A stretch of 64,000 bases of DNA from an uncultured Acidobacteriota bacterium (GTDB taxonomy: Bacteria > Acidobacteriota > Blastocatellia > RBC074). Within the stretch, counting starts at the first letter, position 1, and each line of letters begins with the position of its first letter. Shown in pieces: positions 43,343-53,469 of the stretch. The DNA lies in assembly GCA_963796275.1 (NCBI GenBank), contig CAWCKY010000003.1, forward strand, positions 1,248,001 to 1,312,000, in the 5' to 3' direction. A program made the translations under genes and the position numbers. Below the pieces are notes generated by a model. The model was not told the origin of the DNA, made no database searches, and saw only the letters and a program-made list of their open reading frames with translations.

Positions 43343-43764
43343 GCGCACCGTGCATCTGGATGCGGCTGCCAGAAGGCGAGTTGGACGCCCGGTGACGCCT
43401 GTTGACCCGCTCAGTTTGTTCGGCTCCGATATGAGCGCGTTCGAGTCTTTGGCATTTCCTGATTTTTCCGATCACTGCAGTTGGCGATAATGATAGAGCT
43501 CTGACGATTGTTGTTCAGCTCGCTGTTGCGCGTATTGCGCTATCAACTCCCTGATGCAATGAAATGAATTGCATATCTGAACGGTTACCAAATAAGGCGC
43601 TGCCATACCATTCCTCTATCGGGGCAATGAGCAAAAAGATACGAAAATGACAGGATTGAGATGCCAGATATTGTTTGATGAGTTATTATCTTCGATAGTC
43701 GTGCCACCCCTATATCTTTAGAGGCCATCTAATAAAGGCCATCTAGAAGAATTGGGGGATCAAA

Positions 43765-44217
43765 ATGCCATCAACTCACGTGAGCCTTCACATTCACGTT
43801 ATTTTCTGTACAAAAAATTGTCATCCTTATCTTGAAGCCGAATGGCGCAGCCGGCTTCACGCTTATCTCGCCGGCGCCATCAGAAATGTTGAAGCAGTGC
43901 CGGTAGCCATTGGCGGGACTGCGGATCACGTCCATCTCTTGTTGGGCCTGAAAGCTACGCATCGGATTGCCGACGTGTTGCGAGAGATCAAGCGAGGATC
44001 GTCTAACTGGTTGAATGATGCTCTGGATATTTGCGGATTCTCCTGGCAGAACGGATATGGAGCATTTTCGGTGAGCCCCTCGGCGCTCGATTTAGTCGCG
44101 AGATACATCGCACAACAAGAGCTCCATCATAGACGGCGGTCTTTTCAGGAAGAGTATCTAGAGTTTCTTAACAAGAGCGGTGTTGTATTTGACGAGCGTT
44201 ATATTTGGGATGAATAA
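43765..44217 (+). mobile_element. tnpA: IS200/IS605-family Y1 (HUH) transposase TnpA, stand-alone (RAYT-like), no tnpB
   Basis: HVIFCTK, DHVH HUH motif, WQNGYGAFSVS, YIAQQELHH catalytic Tyr. Confidence 0.9.
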
Positions 44218-44306
44218 GTGAGGTCTCTCTTCACCCCTGGCTACCTCTCGCACTTCTCTAAAGGCCATAATTCAATGACATCGCCACTTCGGCCCATTGT
44301 GTAAAT

Positions 44307-47012
44307 ATGTCATCTCGGCGTTTGAGCTTCACGCGGCTGAGCCTCATTCAACAGCCGCTGCTCTTCGTGGTTATCTCGTTTGTTGGCGGCCTGCTGTTCG
44401 CCGCAGGAGATCGAATCTCCATTCGTCACTGGCTGATTTTTTGCGCGACCGCCTGGGTTGCCGCTTCGATAATGCTCCGGCTGAATGTGAACGGTCTGGT
44501 TGCTATTGCATTTTCGATCTGCGGTTGTTTCGCTGCCGGAGGCGCATTGTGGGCGATAAACGAGGAAGCAATCGGCGAGAACAGCGTCCGGAAGCTTTTC
44601 GAACGCGGCCAATTGAGAATCGATGAGCCGGTCGAAATCAGCGGAGTATTGAACGCCGCTCCGGAACTCGCGCCTGATCGAATCTATCTGAGCATAGCGG
44701 TTGAACAGGTAGCGTCGCTCGGACGCGAACTGCATTCGAGCGGGGCCGTCTCTATTATAATTCCATTTAGAGATCAGGAGTCGCGGCTCGAATATGATTC
44801 ATTAGCGCTAAATTACGGGGCGCGCGTGCGATTACTGGTTCACTTGAGCAACCGGAGCGGTTACCGGAATCCCGGCGCACCGGATTTCGACCAATTGCTC
44901 GAATATCGCGGCTATGATGCGACCGGATGGGTCAAGAGCCCGCTGCTCATCGAGCGGTTGGGGCGAGGAGAGCCCAACCCGCTGCTCGCGAGGCTTTATC
45001 TGGTGCGGGCGAGGGCGCTGTCAGTCATCCTCAGGCATTTCAAACAGCCCGCATCCGGAATTCTCGCCGCCGCGCTCTTCGGTAACCGTTACTTTCTCGC
45101 GCGCGATACGGCGGAGATATTTCGTGCGGGCGGAACCTTTCATCTGCTCGTGATATCCGGCCTCCACGTGGCGATGATAGCCATCGTCGCATTGTGGCTG
45201 GCGAAGTATCTGAGCAATTCGCGTTTAATCCAATATGCGGCGGTTATCACGCTGATGTGGGCTTATGCGTTGATGGTGGGAGCGCAGCCAGCGGTGACTC
45301 GGTCGGCTGTGATGCTTACCATCGTTTTCATCGGGCGGTCGATCTTTCGCAAATCTCCGGGCGCCAACGCCCTGGCCGCGTCAGCCATCGCCCTGCTTTG
45401 CTGGCAGCCGCGGGACCTGTTCAACCCGGGCTTCCAACTTTCGTTTCTGACTGTGTTGATGATCGTCGTTTTCACCGGCCCACTATATTCGCGCTTTAAA
45501 CAGATTGGCGAATGGCGGCCCATGGCTTTGACGCCTTATCCGCCACGCGTTCCAGTTTTCATTCGGAAGATTGCCGAAATATTGTTCTGGAATGAAGCGG
45601 GATTCCGCGAAGAGATGAAGGCGGAACGCATTCGTTACCGGTTGGACAAGGCCCGGATCGCTTGTCGGTTGAACGAGATGCGATTGCAGAGGCCATTAGC
45701 GTGGATCACAGTAACTATCTTTACGACAACCGGCGTACAGATCGGCCTTTTGCCGCTGATGGTCGCGCAATTCCATCGCGTATCGATCGTCGCGCCGGTG
45801 ACGAACGTCATCGAAGGGGCGCTTATCTTCGCCTTGATGATTGCCGGGACCATCTATCTGTTGATTCATGCGATCGTAGGAGGGACGGCTCAAAAACTTG
45901 CGGGAGCGGTGGACGCGCTCGGAGCGCTGTCTGTCGAATCATGCGAGCCTTTGCTGGCATTAAGCTGGGCGAATCTGCGCGTGCCTGATTTGCACCCGAC
46001 GGCGTTGGTCTTTGCCCTTTTCTTTACCGCCGTTCTTATATTGATCATTGTCATCAACGGATGGAATCCATTCCTGCGGGGCGACGAGCCGGATACTCGC
46101 AGACGAATGATCGCAAGGCGGGTGCTCGCCATCCCCTCATCGTTTACGATCGGTATTCTAAGTTGCCTCTTGATTTTTCACCCATTCGCACATCGCTACG
46201 AGCGCGGTCGATTGAGCGTGACTTTCCTGGATGTTGGGCAGGGCGATGCGATGTTGATCGCTTTTCCCAAAGGCTCGCTGATGATGCTGGATGCCGGCGG
46301 CCAACCGAATATAGTGGCAGGTAAAGTCAATGGCGATGCCGAGGATTTATTCGTAGAAGACCGTATTGGAATGGCGGAGGCTGCCGTGATGCCCTATCTG
46401 TGGCATCGCGGAATAAAGAAGTTGGACTGGATAGTGGCAAGTCATGGCGACGCGGACCACGTCGAGGGATTCGCCGAGATAATTCGCAGCTTCGATATAG
46501 GAATCGCTCTCGGCGAGGCGAAACAATTTGAACAGGCAGGCTTTCCCGTGCGAATTGCCCGAGGGGGCAATTGGTTCGAGATCGATGGTGTGCGGATGGA
46601 AGTTCTGTCACCTCTCGATGAAACGCGCGAGCCCGGTATGTCCGGCAACAATAGATCGCTCGTTATAAAAGCCACTTACGGTAATCGCAGTTTTTTACTG
46701 ACAGGTGACATCGAGAGAGAGGCCGAAGGCATGCTTGTGGCTTCCGGTCTAGATCTCGCCGCCGATGTTTTGAAAGTCGCCCATCACGGTTCGCGAACAT
46801 CCACGACTCGAGAATTTCTGAAAAAGGTCTGCCCCAGTCATGCCGTTATATCGGTATCAAATCCGAGTCCTTACGGCCATCCGCATGCGGATGTGGTGGA
46901 GCGATTGCGCGAGACCGGCGCGTACGTCTGGCAAACTTCTGCTTGCGGCGCCATCACGATATCGACCGACGGCCAGGACCTGCAAACTGGAACATTCGTC
47001 AAATGCGAATGA
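44307..47012 (+). CDS. comEC: DNA-uptake channel ComEC/Rec2
   Basis: OB domain (RNPG), HLLVISGLHV, GFQLSF, LDVGQGDA, SHGDADH, LTGDIE, KVAHHGS, YGHPH. Confidence 0.95.
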   Translation: MSSRRLSFTRLSLIQQPLLFVVISFVGGLLFAAGDRISIRHWLIFCATAWVAASIMLRLNVNGLVAIAFSICGCFAAGGALWAINEEAIGENSVRKLFERGQLRIDEPVEISGVLNAAPELAPDRIYLSIAVEQVASLGRELHSSGAVSIIIPFRDQESRLEYDSLALNYGARVRLLVHLSNRSGYRNPGAPDFDQLLEYRGYDATGWVKSPLLIERLGRGEPNPLLARLYLVRARALSVILRHFKQPASGILAAALFGNRYFLARDTAEIFRAGGTFHLLVISGLHVAMIAIVALWLAKYLSNSRLIQYAAVITLMWAYALMVGAQPAVTRSAVMLTIVFIGRSIFRKSPGANALAASAIALLCWQPRDLFNPGFQLSFLTVLMIVVFTGPLYSRFKQIGEWRPMALTPYPPRVPVFIRKIAEILFWNEAGFREEMKAERIRYRLDKARIACRLNEMRLQRPLAWITVTIFTTTGVQIGLLPLMVAQFHRVSIVAPVTNVIEGALIFALMIAGTIYLLIHAIVGGTAQKLAGAVDALGALSVESCEPLLALSWANLRVPDLHPTALVFALFFTAVLILIIVINGWNPFLRGDEPDTRRRMIARRVLAIPSSFTIGILSCLLIFHPFAHRYERGRLSVTFLDVGQGDAMLIAFPKGSLMMLDAGGQPNIVAGKVNGDAEDLFVEDRIGMAEAAVMPYLWHRGIKKLDWIVASHGDADHVEGFAEIIRSFDIGIALGEAKQFEQAGFPVRIARGGNWFEIDGVRMEVLSPLDETREPGMSGNNRSLVIKATYGNRSFLLTGDIEREAEGMLVASGLDLAADVLKVAHHGSRTSTTREFLKKVCPSHAVISVSNPSPYGHPHADVVERLRETGAYVWQTSACGAITISTDGQDLQTGTFVKCE

Positions 47013-47331
47013 GGTGTGCTATCTGCCGATATCGTTTGACGCTCATCCCGCGCACGATAATTATCTCTTGCGGGCGTTTGAAGCGGCCGTGTTTATGGCG
47101 ATATTCGACCATCCGTCCGGCGAGACCGGGCCCAATGCCGGGAAGCCGCATGAATTCTTCTATCGAAGCGGTATTGATGTTTATCCGCTCTGCTTCCTGT
47201 CGTGGCGCAGCAGCGGTTTGCTGGAATGGATACTGAAGGGAGAGTGCTAAACAAACGAAGATAAACGAAATATATGAAAAGGAGCGTATTTTTCGTATGT
47301 TTCGTTTTCTTTCTGGTTCAACGCATTCCAT
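46999..47331 (-). CDS. comEA: ComEA-family helix-hairpin-helix protein
   Basis: ININTAS.EEF..LPGIGP.LA.R.VEYR...G.F...; signal-peptide-like N-terminus. Confidence 0.85.
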   Translation of the reverse strand: MECVEPERKRNIRKIRSFSYISFIFVCLALSLQYPFQQTAAAPRQEAERININTASIEEFMRLPGIGPGLAGRMVEYRHKHGRFKRPQEIIIVRGMSVKRYRQIAHLIRI

Positions 47332-48655
47332 GGAATTTCAAGCGAAACTCGCAATTAGTGATCGAGGGGCCTTCAGGAGCGCGCCGGGCGAAATTATTCG
47401 TTTCGGCGCAGATCATGGGAATTCCCCCGTGAGATGGAGGAATGCCGTAATGCTGATTGGTAAGTATCGCTTTGATTCGAGGGTTCGGCGGGCTGGACAC
47501 GCCGTAACGCAGCGAGATGATCGGCAATTCTGGCATCTGAGCCGGATTAATCATCTCAATGCAGTCGTCATAGATGTTTATCCGCGCCTGGCGGTCGCGC
47601 GTGCTCCAGTCGCGGTGTACGAGCGAGTTGGTCAAGGCTTCAATGATGGCATCGCGATGATAATTCGCTCGACCAGTGAGGAACGGGTCGCCGGATATCT
47701 TCTCAACTTCGCCCGGGTTGGCGGCGTTTACGATCGCCTTACGTGATGGGCGCTGGTCCCACAAATCGACGTAGCGTTTGATGAAATTGAGCGCGCCGTC
47801 GAACAGACATAAGAGATTTCCCCGCAGGTGCAATTCTTCGACGACTGGGGCGCCATTATCTGTGCCGCTGAAGCGCGAGAGCATTAGATCGGCGCGCGGA
47901 ATCAGCCTGGTCACGCTGTCATTTACTCCGAAGAGCAACAGACCGCCGATGGTCGGCATAATCTCATCGCCCATCTTCACTGCCAAGCCCATATCGCACA
48001 TAACCACGTCTGTCGGGAATCCTTTTGTCGATTCCCCCCAGTAACCCGGATTGACGCTGCGCACATAGCTCCAGACGAGCGATTCATCAATGTCGTTTTC
48101 GGCCTCCGCTTTGAAGACGGGAACCTGTTCGAAGCGGGTCAAAAAATTTTCGTGGAAGAGCTTCGATATCTCTTCCCGCGTCGCCTCTCGCTTCGTCGAT
48201 CCCTCGCGGATGTAAAAACGATCGTCGGTCGTCCTGTGTGGGCGGTTCTCAATGTCCACTTCCAAGATGACTATGCGGCGCCCGCTGTCGAATGCGACTT
48301 TATTGATGTAGGGAAATACGGGCGGCTGTATATGGTGCGAGCAGATATCGCGTATCTGCTCCTCGATGCTTTCGGGGTCTTCGACTCCCTCAACGCGCAA
48401 CTGGTCGTTGACACCGAAAACCATTGCGCCGCCGGCTGTATTGGCTAGCGCGATAATTTCAGCGGTAAGTTTTTCAACGTTGCTGAATCGGACTTTGAGC
48501 TCGAGATAGGTATCTTCACCGCCGCGCACCAGCCGCAGCAATTCCCCCCGGGATGTCACCGGCGCGGGGACGTCGAACTGATAGGCGTAGTATGAACGCT
48601 CCGAGCCTGGCGTTTGTCGAGGGCGCTGGTAATTATTGAAGCGTTTGCGAGCCAT
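47318..48655 (-). CDS. Schlafen/AlbA_2-domain protein with HATPase_c_4-like C-terminal domain
   Basis: GEDTYLELK, IIALANTAGG.MVFGVND, FYIREGS, EALTNSLVHRDW; start MARKRF. Confidence 0.85.
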   Translation of the reverse strand: MARKRFNNYQRPRQTPGSERSYYAYQFDVPAPVTSRGELLRLVRGGEDTYLELKVRFSNVEKLTAEIIALANTAGGAMVFGVNDQLRVEGVEDPESIEEQIRDICSHHIQPPVFPYINKVAFDSGRRIVILEVDIENRPHRTTDDRFYIREGSTKREATREEISKLFHENFLTRFEQVPVFKAEAENDIDESLVWSYVRSVNPGYWGESTKGFPTDVVMCDMGLAVKMGDEIMPTIGGLLLFGVNDSVTRLIPRADLMLSRFSGTDNGAPVVEELHLRGNLLCLFDGALNFIKRYVDLWDQRPSRKAIVNAANPGEVEKISGDPFLTGRANYHRDAIIEALTNSLVHRDWSTRDRQARINIYDDCIEMINPAQMPELPIISLRYGVSSPPNPRIKAILTNQHYGIPPSHGGIPMICAETNNFARRAPEGPSITNCEFRLKFHGMR

Positions 48656-48814
48656 TGCGGTGGCTGCCCCGCATAAGGAGCGAGGCGATTTGCGGGCGTC
48701 GCCGCAGCCTTGGAGAGAGAGCGGGATCGAAAAATCGATTCTTAGCTCACTCTGTTTCCAGACTCGCGATGATGTGAAAATCATCGCAGGCAAACAAGGT
48801 AAAGACTTTTCTGC

Positions 48815-49009
48815 TTACGCCGGTTTGGTGTGGTCTTTCTTCTCTTCCGGCTCTTCAGAGACTCCCTGTTTGAAACTGCGAATACTCTCGCCGAGTCCCT
48901 TCGCGAGCGAAGGCAGGCGGCTGCCACCGAATAAGATCAGGAGAATGACCAGAACTATTATTAGCTCAGTTGCACCTAAGCCATAAAAAAACATTGGAAC
49001 GTTGTTCAT
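48815..49009 (-). CDS. tatA: Twin-arginine translocase subunit TatA/E
   Basis: LGATELIIVL..LILFGG.RLP.LAKGLG.SIRSFK; AGGAG RBS. Confidence 0.93.
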   Translation of the reverse strand: MNNVPMFFYGLGATELIIVLVILLILFGGSRLPSLAKGLGESIRSFKQGVSEEPEEKKDHTKPA

Positions 49010-49046
49010 ATTGTCTCCTTTTCGATAACTTCAGCGAGATGTCTAC

Positions 49047-49076
49047 ATTCTAGCTTTACGTATGCACAGGTGTCAA
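49047..49076 (-). promoter_or_regulatory. Candidate sigma70 promoter for tatA-AlbA_2-comEA
   Basis: TTGACA-N18-TAGAAT on the minus strand. Confidence 0.6.
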
Positions 49077-49322
49077 TTAGCGTTATCTTGAATGTTGTCA
49101 CCGCGGATGTTATATTGCCCTTTAGTTTTACGGACCGTAATAAACAATGAGCATTGGTAGAATCGTGTCCTACCTGTGCTTCGTGGATTCATGCTAGTCT
49201 TCTTTGAAGACTAAAAACGTTGAAGATAGCCTGGGTACGTATCCCTCACATCGGGCTTGATCGTCACATCGCCCGATGTAAACGATGCGTACCCAGCTGC
49301 TGTTCTGAGGAGGATGAAAAAC

Positions 49323-49727
49323 ATGGCAGATAACAACGGAAGCGGCGGAGACAAATTGATATATTTTCTGATCGGCGCCGGTATCGGCGCGGTCACCGCC
49401 CTGCTCTTTGCCCCCAAAGCAGGGAGCGAGCTTCGTTCAGAGCTTGCGGATGCGACCAAGAAAGGGCTCGATTATGCCCGCGATACCGGTCGCGACCTGG
49501 GTGAGCGGGCAACCGAATATTATCATACCGGAGTCGAGAAGGCCTCTGATGCGACCACACGCAGCAAAGAAGCCGTAAGTGACATCACCGACCGCGGTAA
49601 GGATATGGTCACTCGCCAGAAGGCGCAATTCGCTGCCGCTATCGAAGCCGGCAAGCAGGGATACCGCGAGGCGAAGCAAGCCGACCAGGCCAGAGGTAAG
49701 GCCAGCGCGTCGGTTGAAGAAAGTTAA
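49323..49727 (+). CDS. YtxH-domain protein
   Basis: FLIGAGIGAVTALLFAPKAGSELR; GAGGAGG RBS. Confidence 0.9.
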   Translation: MADNNGSGGDKLIYFLIGAGIGAVTALLFAPKAGSELRSELADATKKGLDYARDTGRDLGERATEYYHTGVEKASDATTRSKEAVSDITDRGKDMVTRQKAQFAAAIEAGKQGYREAKQADQARGKASASVEES

Positions 49728-49798
49728 AGTCTTAAACTTTAATATAACGTAAAACAAACGGGATAGAGAAAAACTATCAACGGTATTGGGGGAGGGCT

Positions 49799-50353
49799 GT
49801 GGATAATACTCTGAGTTGGATCATCGCTGTCGGCATTGCAGTTCTGCTCGTGGTTCAGGCCGCAGTCTTCGTTGGTCTTTATTTCCTCGCTCGGCGGCTG
49901 GTCGACATCGCCGAGCGTGCCAAGAAACTGCAGGACCAGGTCGAGTACACTCTCAACAATACCGAACCTGTGTTGAAAATGGCACACAATCTGATGTCTG
50001 AACTCAAAGAGGCGGCAGATTACTTCAATCAGGGAGTTCAGCATATCAGTGCGATCGCTGAGATGGCAAAGGACGAAGCTGCCGAAGTCAGAAACCTTCT
50101 CGGTGACACAGCCGCGATTGCGCGCAGGGAAGTTGAACGTGGGCGCGTCCACGCCGATCGAATTCAACGGACGCTTGCCGGCGCAACCGATCAATTCGAA
50201 CGGACGACCGCCCTCGTTCAAAACAGCGTATTGCAACCTGCCCGCGAATTCTCATACCTCATGTGTGGCTTGCGCCGCACGATAGAGGTGCTCACGGCAG
50301 GGAAGCGTCTCCCCGTCAATCGCGTCTATCAGGACGAGGAGATGTTTATTTGA
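49799..50353 (+). CDS. Membrane-anchored coiled-coil protein (DUF948/YtxG-like)
   Basis: N-terminal TM plus long amphipathic helices; adjacent to YtxH. Confidence 0.7.
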   Translation: MDNTLSWIIAVGIAVLLVVQAAVFVGLYFLARRLVDIAERAKKLQDQVEYTLNNTEPVLKMAHNLMSELKEAADYFNQGVQHISAIAEMAKDEAAEVRNLLGDTAAIARREVERGRVHADRIQRTLAGATDQFERTTALVQNSVLQPAREFSYLMCGLRRTIEVLTAGKRLPVNRVYQDEEMFI

Positions 50354-50398
50354 CGCTCCACGTGGAGCGCGCTAGACGATACCTTTACGTAAGTCACA

Positions 50399-50443
50399 GC
50401 ACTCGGCTCCGGCAATTGCAGCCGCAGCCCGAGTGCTTTTTTA
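50399..50443 (+). terminator. Rho-independent terminator
   Basis: GCACTCGG...CCGAGTGC stem followed by a T tract. Confidence 0.7.
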
Positions 50444-50503
50444 TTGCCATTCTTTAAGGTATCATCTGGTTTTATTTCTGCGGCCCCAGAAAACCACTTA
50501 TAT

Positions 50504-50611
50504 GGTATTCGGTTATCGGTAGTCGGTAGTCGGTTGCCAGGTCTTACCTAACGATCGAGAGATCAAAGAATGAAACCGCCGAATACCGACGACCGAATAC
50601 CGAAAACCGAA
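50504..50611. repeat. Heptamer-array inverted repeat (TCGGTAG / ACCGA family)
   Basis: TTCGGTTATCGGTAGTCGGTAGTCGGTT ... ACCGACGACCGAATACCGAAAACCGAA. Confidence 0.8.
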
Positions 50612-50617
50612 GAAATT

Positions 50618-53419
50618 ATGGCAACAGAAACAACCCTTGATTTGAAAACGACTGTTAACCTCCCCGACACTTCATTTCCGCAAAGAGGCAACCTGCCGCA
50701 GAACGAACCCACGCGATTAAAGAAGTGGGAAGGGATGAACCTTTACCAGCTTATTCATAATGCGCGCGCGGGCAAACCACTTTATGTTCTGCACGATGGT
50801 CCGCCTTATGCCAATGGCCGCATTCATCTCGGTACCGCTCTCAACAAAGTGCTTAAAGACTTTTGCATCAAATCCCGATCTATGATGGGTTATTGGGCGC
50901 CATACGTCCCGGGTTGGGACTGCCACGGTTTGCCCATAGAGATAAAGGTCGAGGAAGAGCTCGGAGCGAAAAAGCACCAGATGCCGCTGATCGACATCCG
51001 CCGCGCCGCCCGCAAGCATGCGGAGAAGTTCATCGACCTGCAGCGCGAAGATTTCAAGCGTCTGGGGATACTGGGCGAATGGGAAACCCCGTACAAGACG
51101 ATGAATCCCCAATATCAGGCCGACATCGTTCGCGTATTCGGTAAATTCGTCGAGAAGGGTTCGGTGTATAAGGGGCTGCGGCCCGTGCATTGGTGCATCA
51201 GTTGCCAGACGGCGCTGGCGGAGGCCGAAGTCGAATACAACGATCACACGAGCCATTCGGTCTACGTGAAATTCCCCTTTCCTGATGCGCCAGCGCTTGA
51301 TCCGGCTCTCGATGGGAAGCAAGTCAGTATTGTGATCTGGACGACGACGCCGTGGACGCTGCCTGCAAACCTGGGCATCAGCTTCAACCCGCAGTTCGAA
51401 TACAGCGCCGTCGAGACGGGCGGCGATGTGTTGATCGTCGCATCCGGTTTGCTCGAACAGTTCGCCGCGACGGTCGGTTTGAACGATTACAAAGTGATCG
51501 GCCAATACAGCGGTGAGAAGTTCGATCGTATGAAAGCGCGCCACCCGTTCATCGATAGCGCGAGTCTTCTGATGCTCGGCGATCACGTCACGCTCGATGC
51601 CGGGACGGGCGCGGTACACACAGCGCCAGGCCATGGTTACGATGACTACGTGATCGGCAAACAGTACGGGCTCGATATCTACAACCCGGTGGACAATCGC
51701 GGGTTTTTTATGAAGGATGTCGAGCATTTCGCCGGAATGCGCGTCATCCCGTTGACGAAGAAGGACGCGCAGAACGACGGCAACGAAGCCGTCGTCGCTC
51801 ATTTGCAGAAGGTCGGCGCGCTGCTCAAAGAAGAGATCTTCCAGCATCAGTACCCGCATTGCTGGCGTTGCCACAATCCCGTGATCTTCCGCGCCACACC
51901 ACAGTGGTTCATCTCGATGGCGGCGACCAGGTTGAATGAACGCGCCATAGCGGCTTGCGATCAGGTGCAGTGGGTGCCGGCCTGGGGCAACGAGCGGATG
52001 AAGAATATGTTCAGGGATCGCCCCGACTGGTGTATCTCGCGCCAACGTGCCTGGGGTGTGCCGATCACGGTCTTTTATTGCGATGATTGCAGCGAGAGTC
52101 TGTGCGATCCGAAAGTCATCAATTATGTCGCGGATATTTTCGAAAAGGAGTCTGCGGATGCCTGGTATCTGCGCGATGCGAAAGACCTCGTCCCGCCGGG
52201 CACTAAGTGCGGCAATTGCGGATCCGATAAACTGAGGAAAGAGTCGGATATCCTCGATGTCTGGCTCGATTCCGGCACGAGTTCGATTGCAGTGCTCAAA
52301 GAATATGATTTGCCGTATCCGGCAGATGTCTATCTGGAAGGCGGCGATCAGTTCCGCGGCTGGTTCAATTCCTCGCTGGTCGTCGGCCTCGAGGTCCGCG
52401 ATCAGGCGCCCTATCGGACGGTGATCACGTACGGCTGGGTCATCGATGTGAGCGGCGACAAGATGTCGAAGTCGAAGGGCAATGTCGTTGAGCCCAGGAA
52501 GGTCGTCGAACAGATGGGCGCGGAGATTCTGCGGTTATGGTGTTCGGCGCTCGATTACTTCGAAGACATGCGGGTTTCCGAGGAGATCCTCAAACGCATC
52601 GCCGATGCCTACCGCAAGATTCGCAACACGGCGCGTTATTGCCTGAAGAACCTGGAAGGTTTCGATCCGAAGAGCGATCGCGTAAGTTACGAACAGATGC
52701 ACGAGATCGACCGTTGGGTGCTCGCGCAGGTGGACGAAGTGACGAGAAAAGCGCTGGCCGCCTACGAGCGCTACGATTTCACGAGCGTCTATCAGACGAT
52801 CTATTCGTTCGCCACTCTCGAGCTCTCGTCACTTTATTTCGATATCGTGAAGGATCGGTTATACACATACGCGCCGAAATCCCTGGCGCGTCGCTCAGCG
52901 CAGACGGCGTTATACGAGATCGTTCATCGGCTGGCGCGGTTGGCCGCACCGGTGCTTGCGTTTACCTCCGATGAGATCTGGGAAAATATTCCCGGCGCAT
53001 CCCAAGAAGCTGCATCGGTGCATCTGACTCTCTTCCCGGCTAGTGAACCCGGGTGGAGCAACGAAACCTTGGTGGCGCGGTACGAAAAGCTGTTCGGGAT
53101 CCGCAGCGCAGTAATGAAGGCGCTGGAGGAGGCGCGCATTGCGAAGCTGATCGGTTCAGGTCTCGACGCGAAAGTGAGCATAACGGCCGGGGCTGAAACC
53201 AAAGAATTCCTGGAATCGTTCGGTGTGGACTTGCATTTCGATTTTATCGTCTCACAGGTCGAATTGAGCGAGGGCGCTGATCTGAACGTGGCGGTTGAGA
53301 AGGCGGAGGGAGAGAAATGCGAGCGCTGCTGGCATTACACAACCGATGTCGGAGCAGATACTCGCTTCCCGGGCGTTTGCGGTCGTTGTGTCGTAAATCT
53401 CGAGGAAATGTTAGGATAG
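50618..53419 (+). CDS. ileS: Isoleucine--tRNA ligase (type 1)
   Basis: HDGPPYANG.IHLG, GWDCHGLPIE, KMSKS, C-terminal KCERCW zinc finger. Confidence 0.98.
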   Translation: MATETTLDLKTTVNLPDTSFPQRGNLPQNEPTRLKKWEGMNLYQLIHNARAGKPLYVLHDGPPYANGRIHLGTALNKVLKDFCIKSRSMMGYWAPYVPGWDCHGLPIEIKVEEELGAKKHQMPLIDIRRAARKHAEKFIDLQREDFKRLGILGEWETPYKTMNPQYQADIVRVFGKFVEKGSVYKGLRPVHWCISCQTALAEAEVEYNDHTSHSVYVKFPFPDAPALDPALDGKQVSIVIWTTTPWTLPANLGISFNPQFEYSAVETGGDVLIVASGLLEQFAATVGLNDYKVIGQYSGEKFDRMKARHPFIDSASLLMLGDHVTLDAGTGAVHTAPGHGYDDYVIGKQYGLDIYNPVDNRGFFMKDVEHFAGMRVIPLTKKDAQNDGNEAVVAHLQKVGALLKEEIFQHQYPHCWRCHNPVIFRATPQWFISMAATRLNERAIAACDQVQWVPAWGNERMKNMFRDRPDWCISRQRAWGVPITVFYCDDCSESLCDPKVINYVADIFEKESADAWYLRDAKDLVPPGTKCGNCGSDKLRKESDILDVWLDSGTSSIAVLKEYDLPYPADVYLEGGDQFRGWFNSSLVVGLEVRDQAPYRTVITYGWVIDVSGDKMSKSKGNVVEPRKVVEQMGAEILRLWCSALDYFEDMRVSEEILKRIADAYRKIRNTARYCLKNLEGFDPKSDRVSYEQMHEIDRWVLAQVDEVTRKALAAYERYDFTSVYQTIYSFATLELSSLYFDIVKDRLYTYAPKSLARRSAQTALYEIVHRLARLAAPVLAFTSDEIWENIPGASQEAASVHLTLFPASEPGWSNETLVARYEKLFGIRSAVMKALEEARIAKLIGSGLDAKVSITAGAETKEFLESFGVDLHFDFIVSQVELSEGADLNVAVEKAEGEKCERCWHYTTDVGADTRFPGVCGRCVVNLEEMLG

Positions 53420-53469
53420 CAGGGTTTTGACGGCCACGCCTAGTCTGATATCGAACAAGAGGAGTGGTT

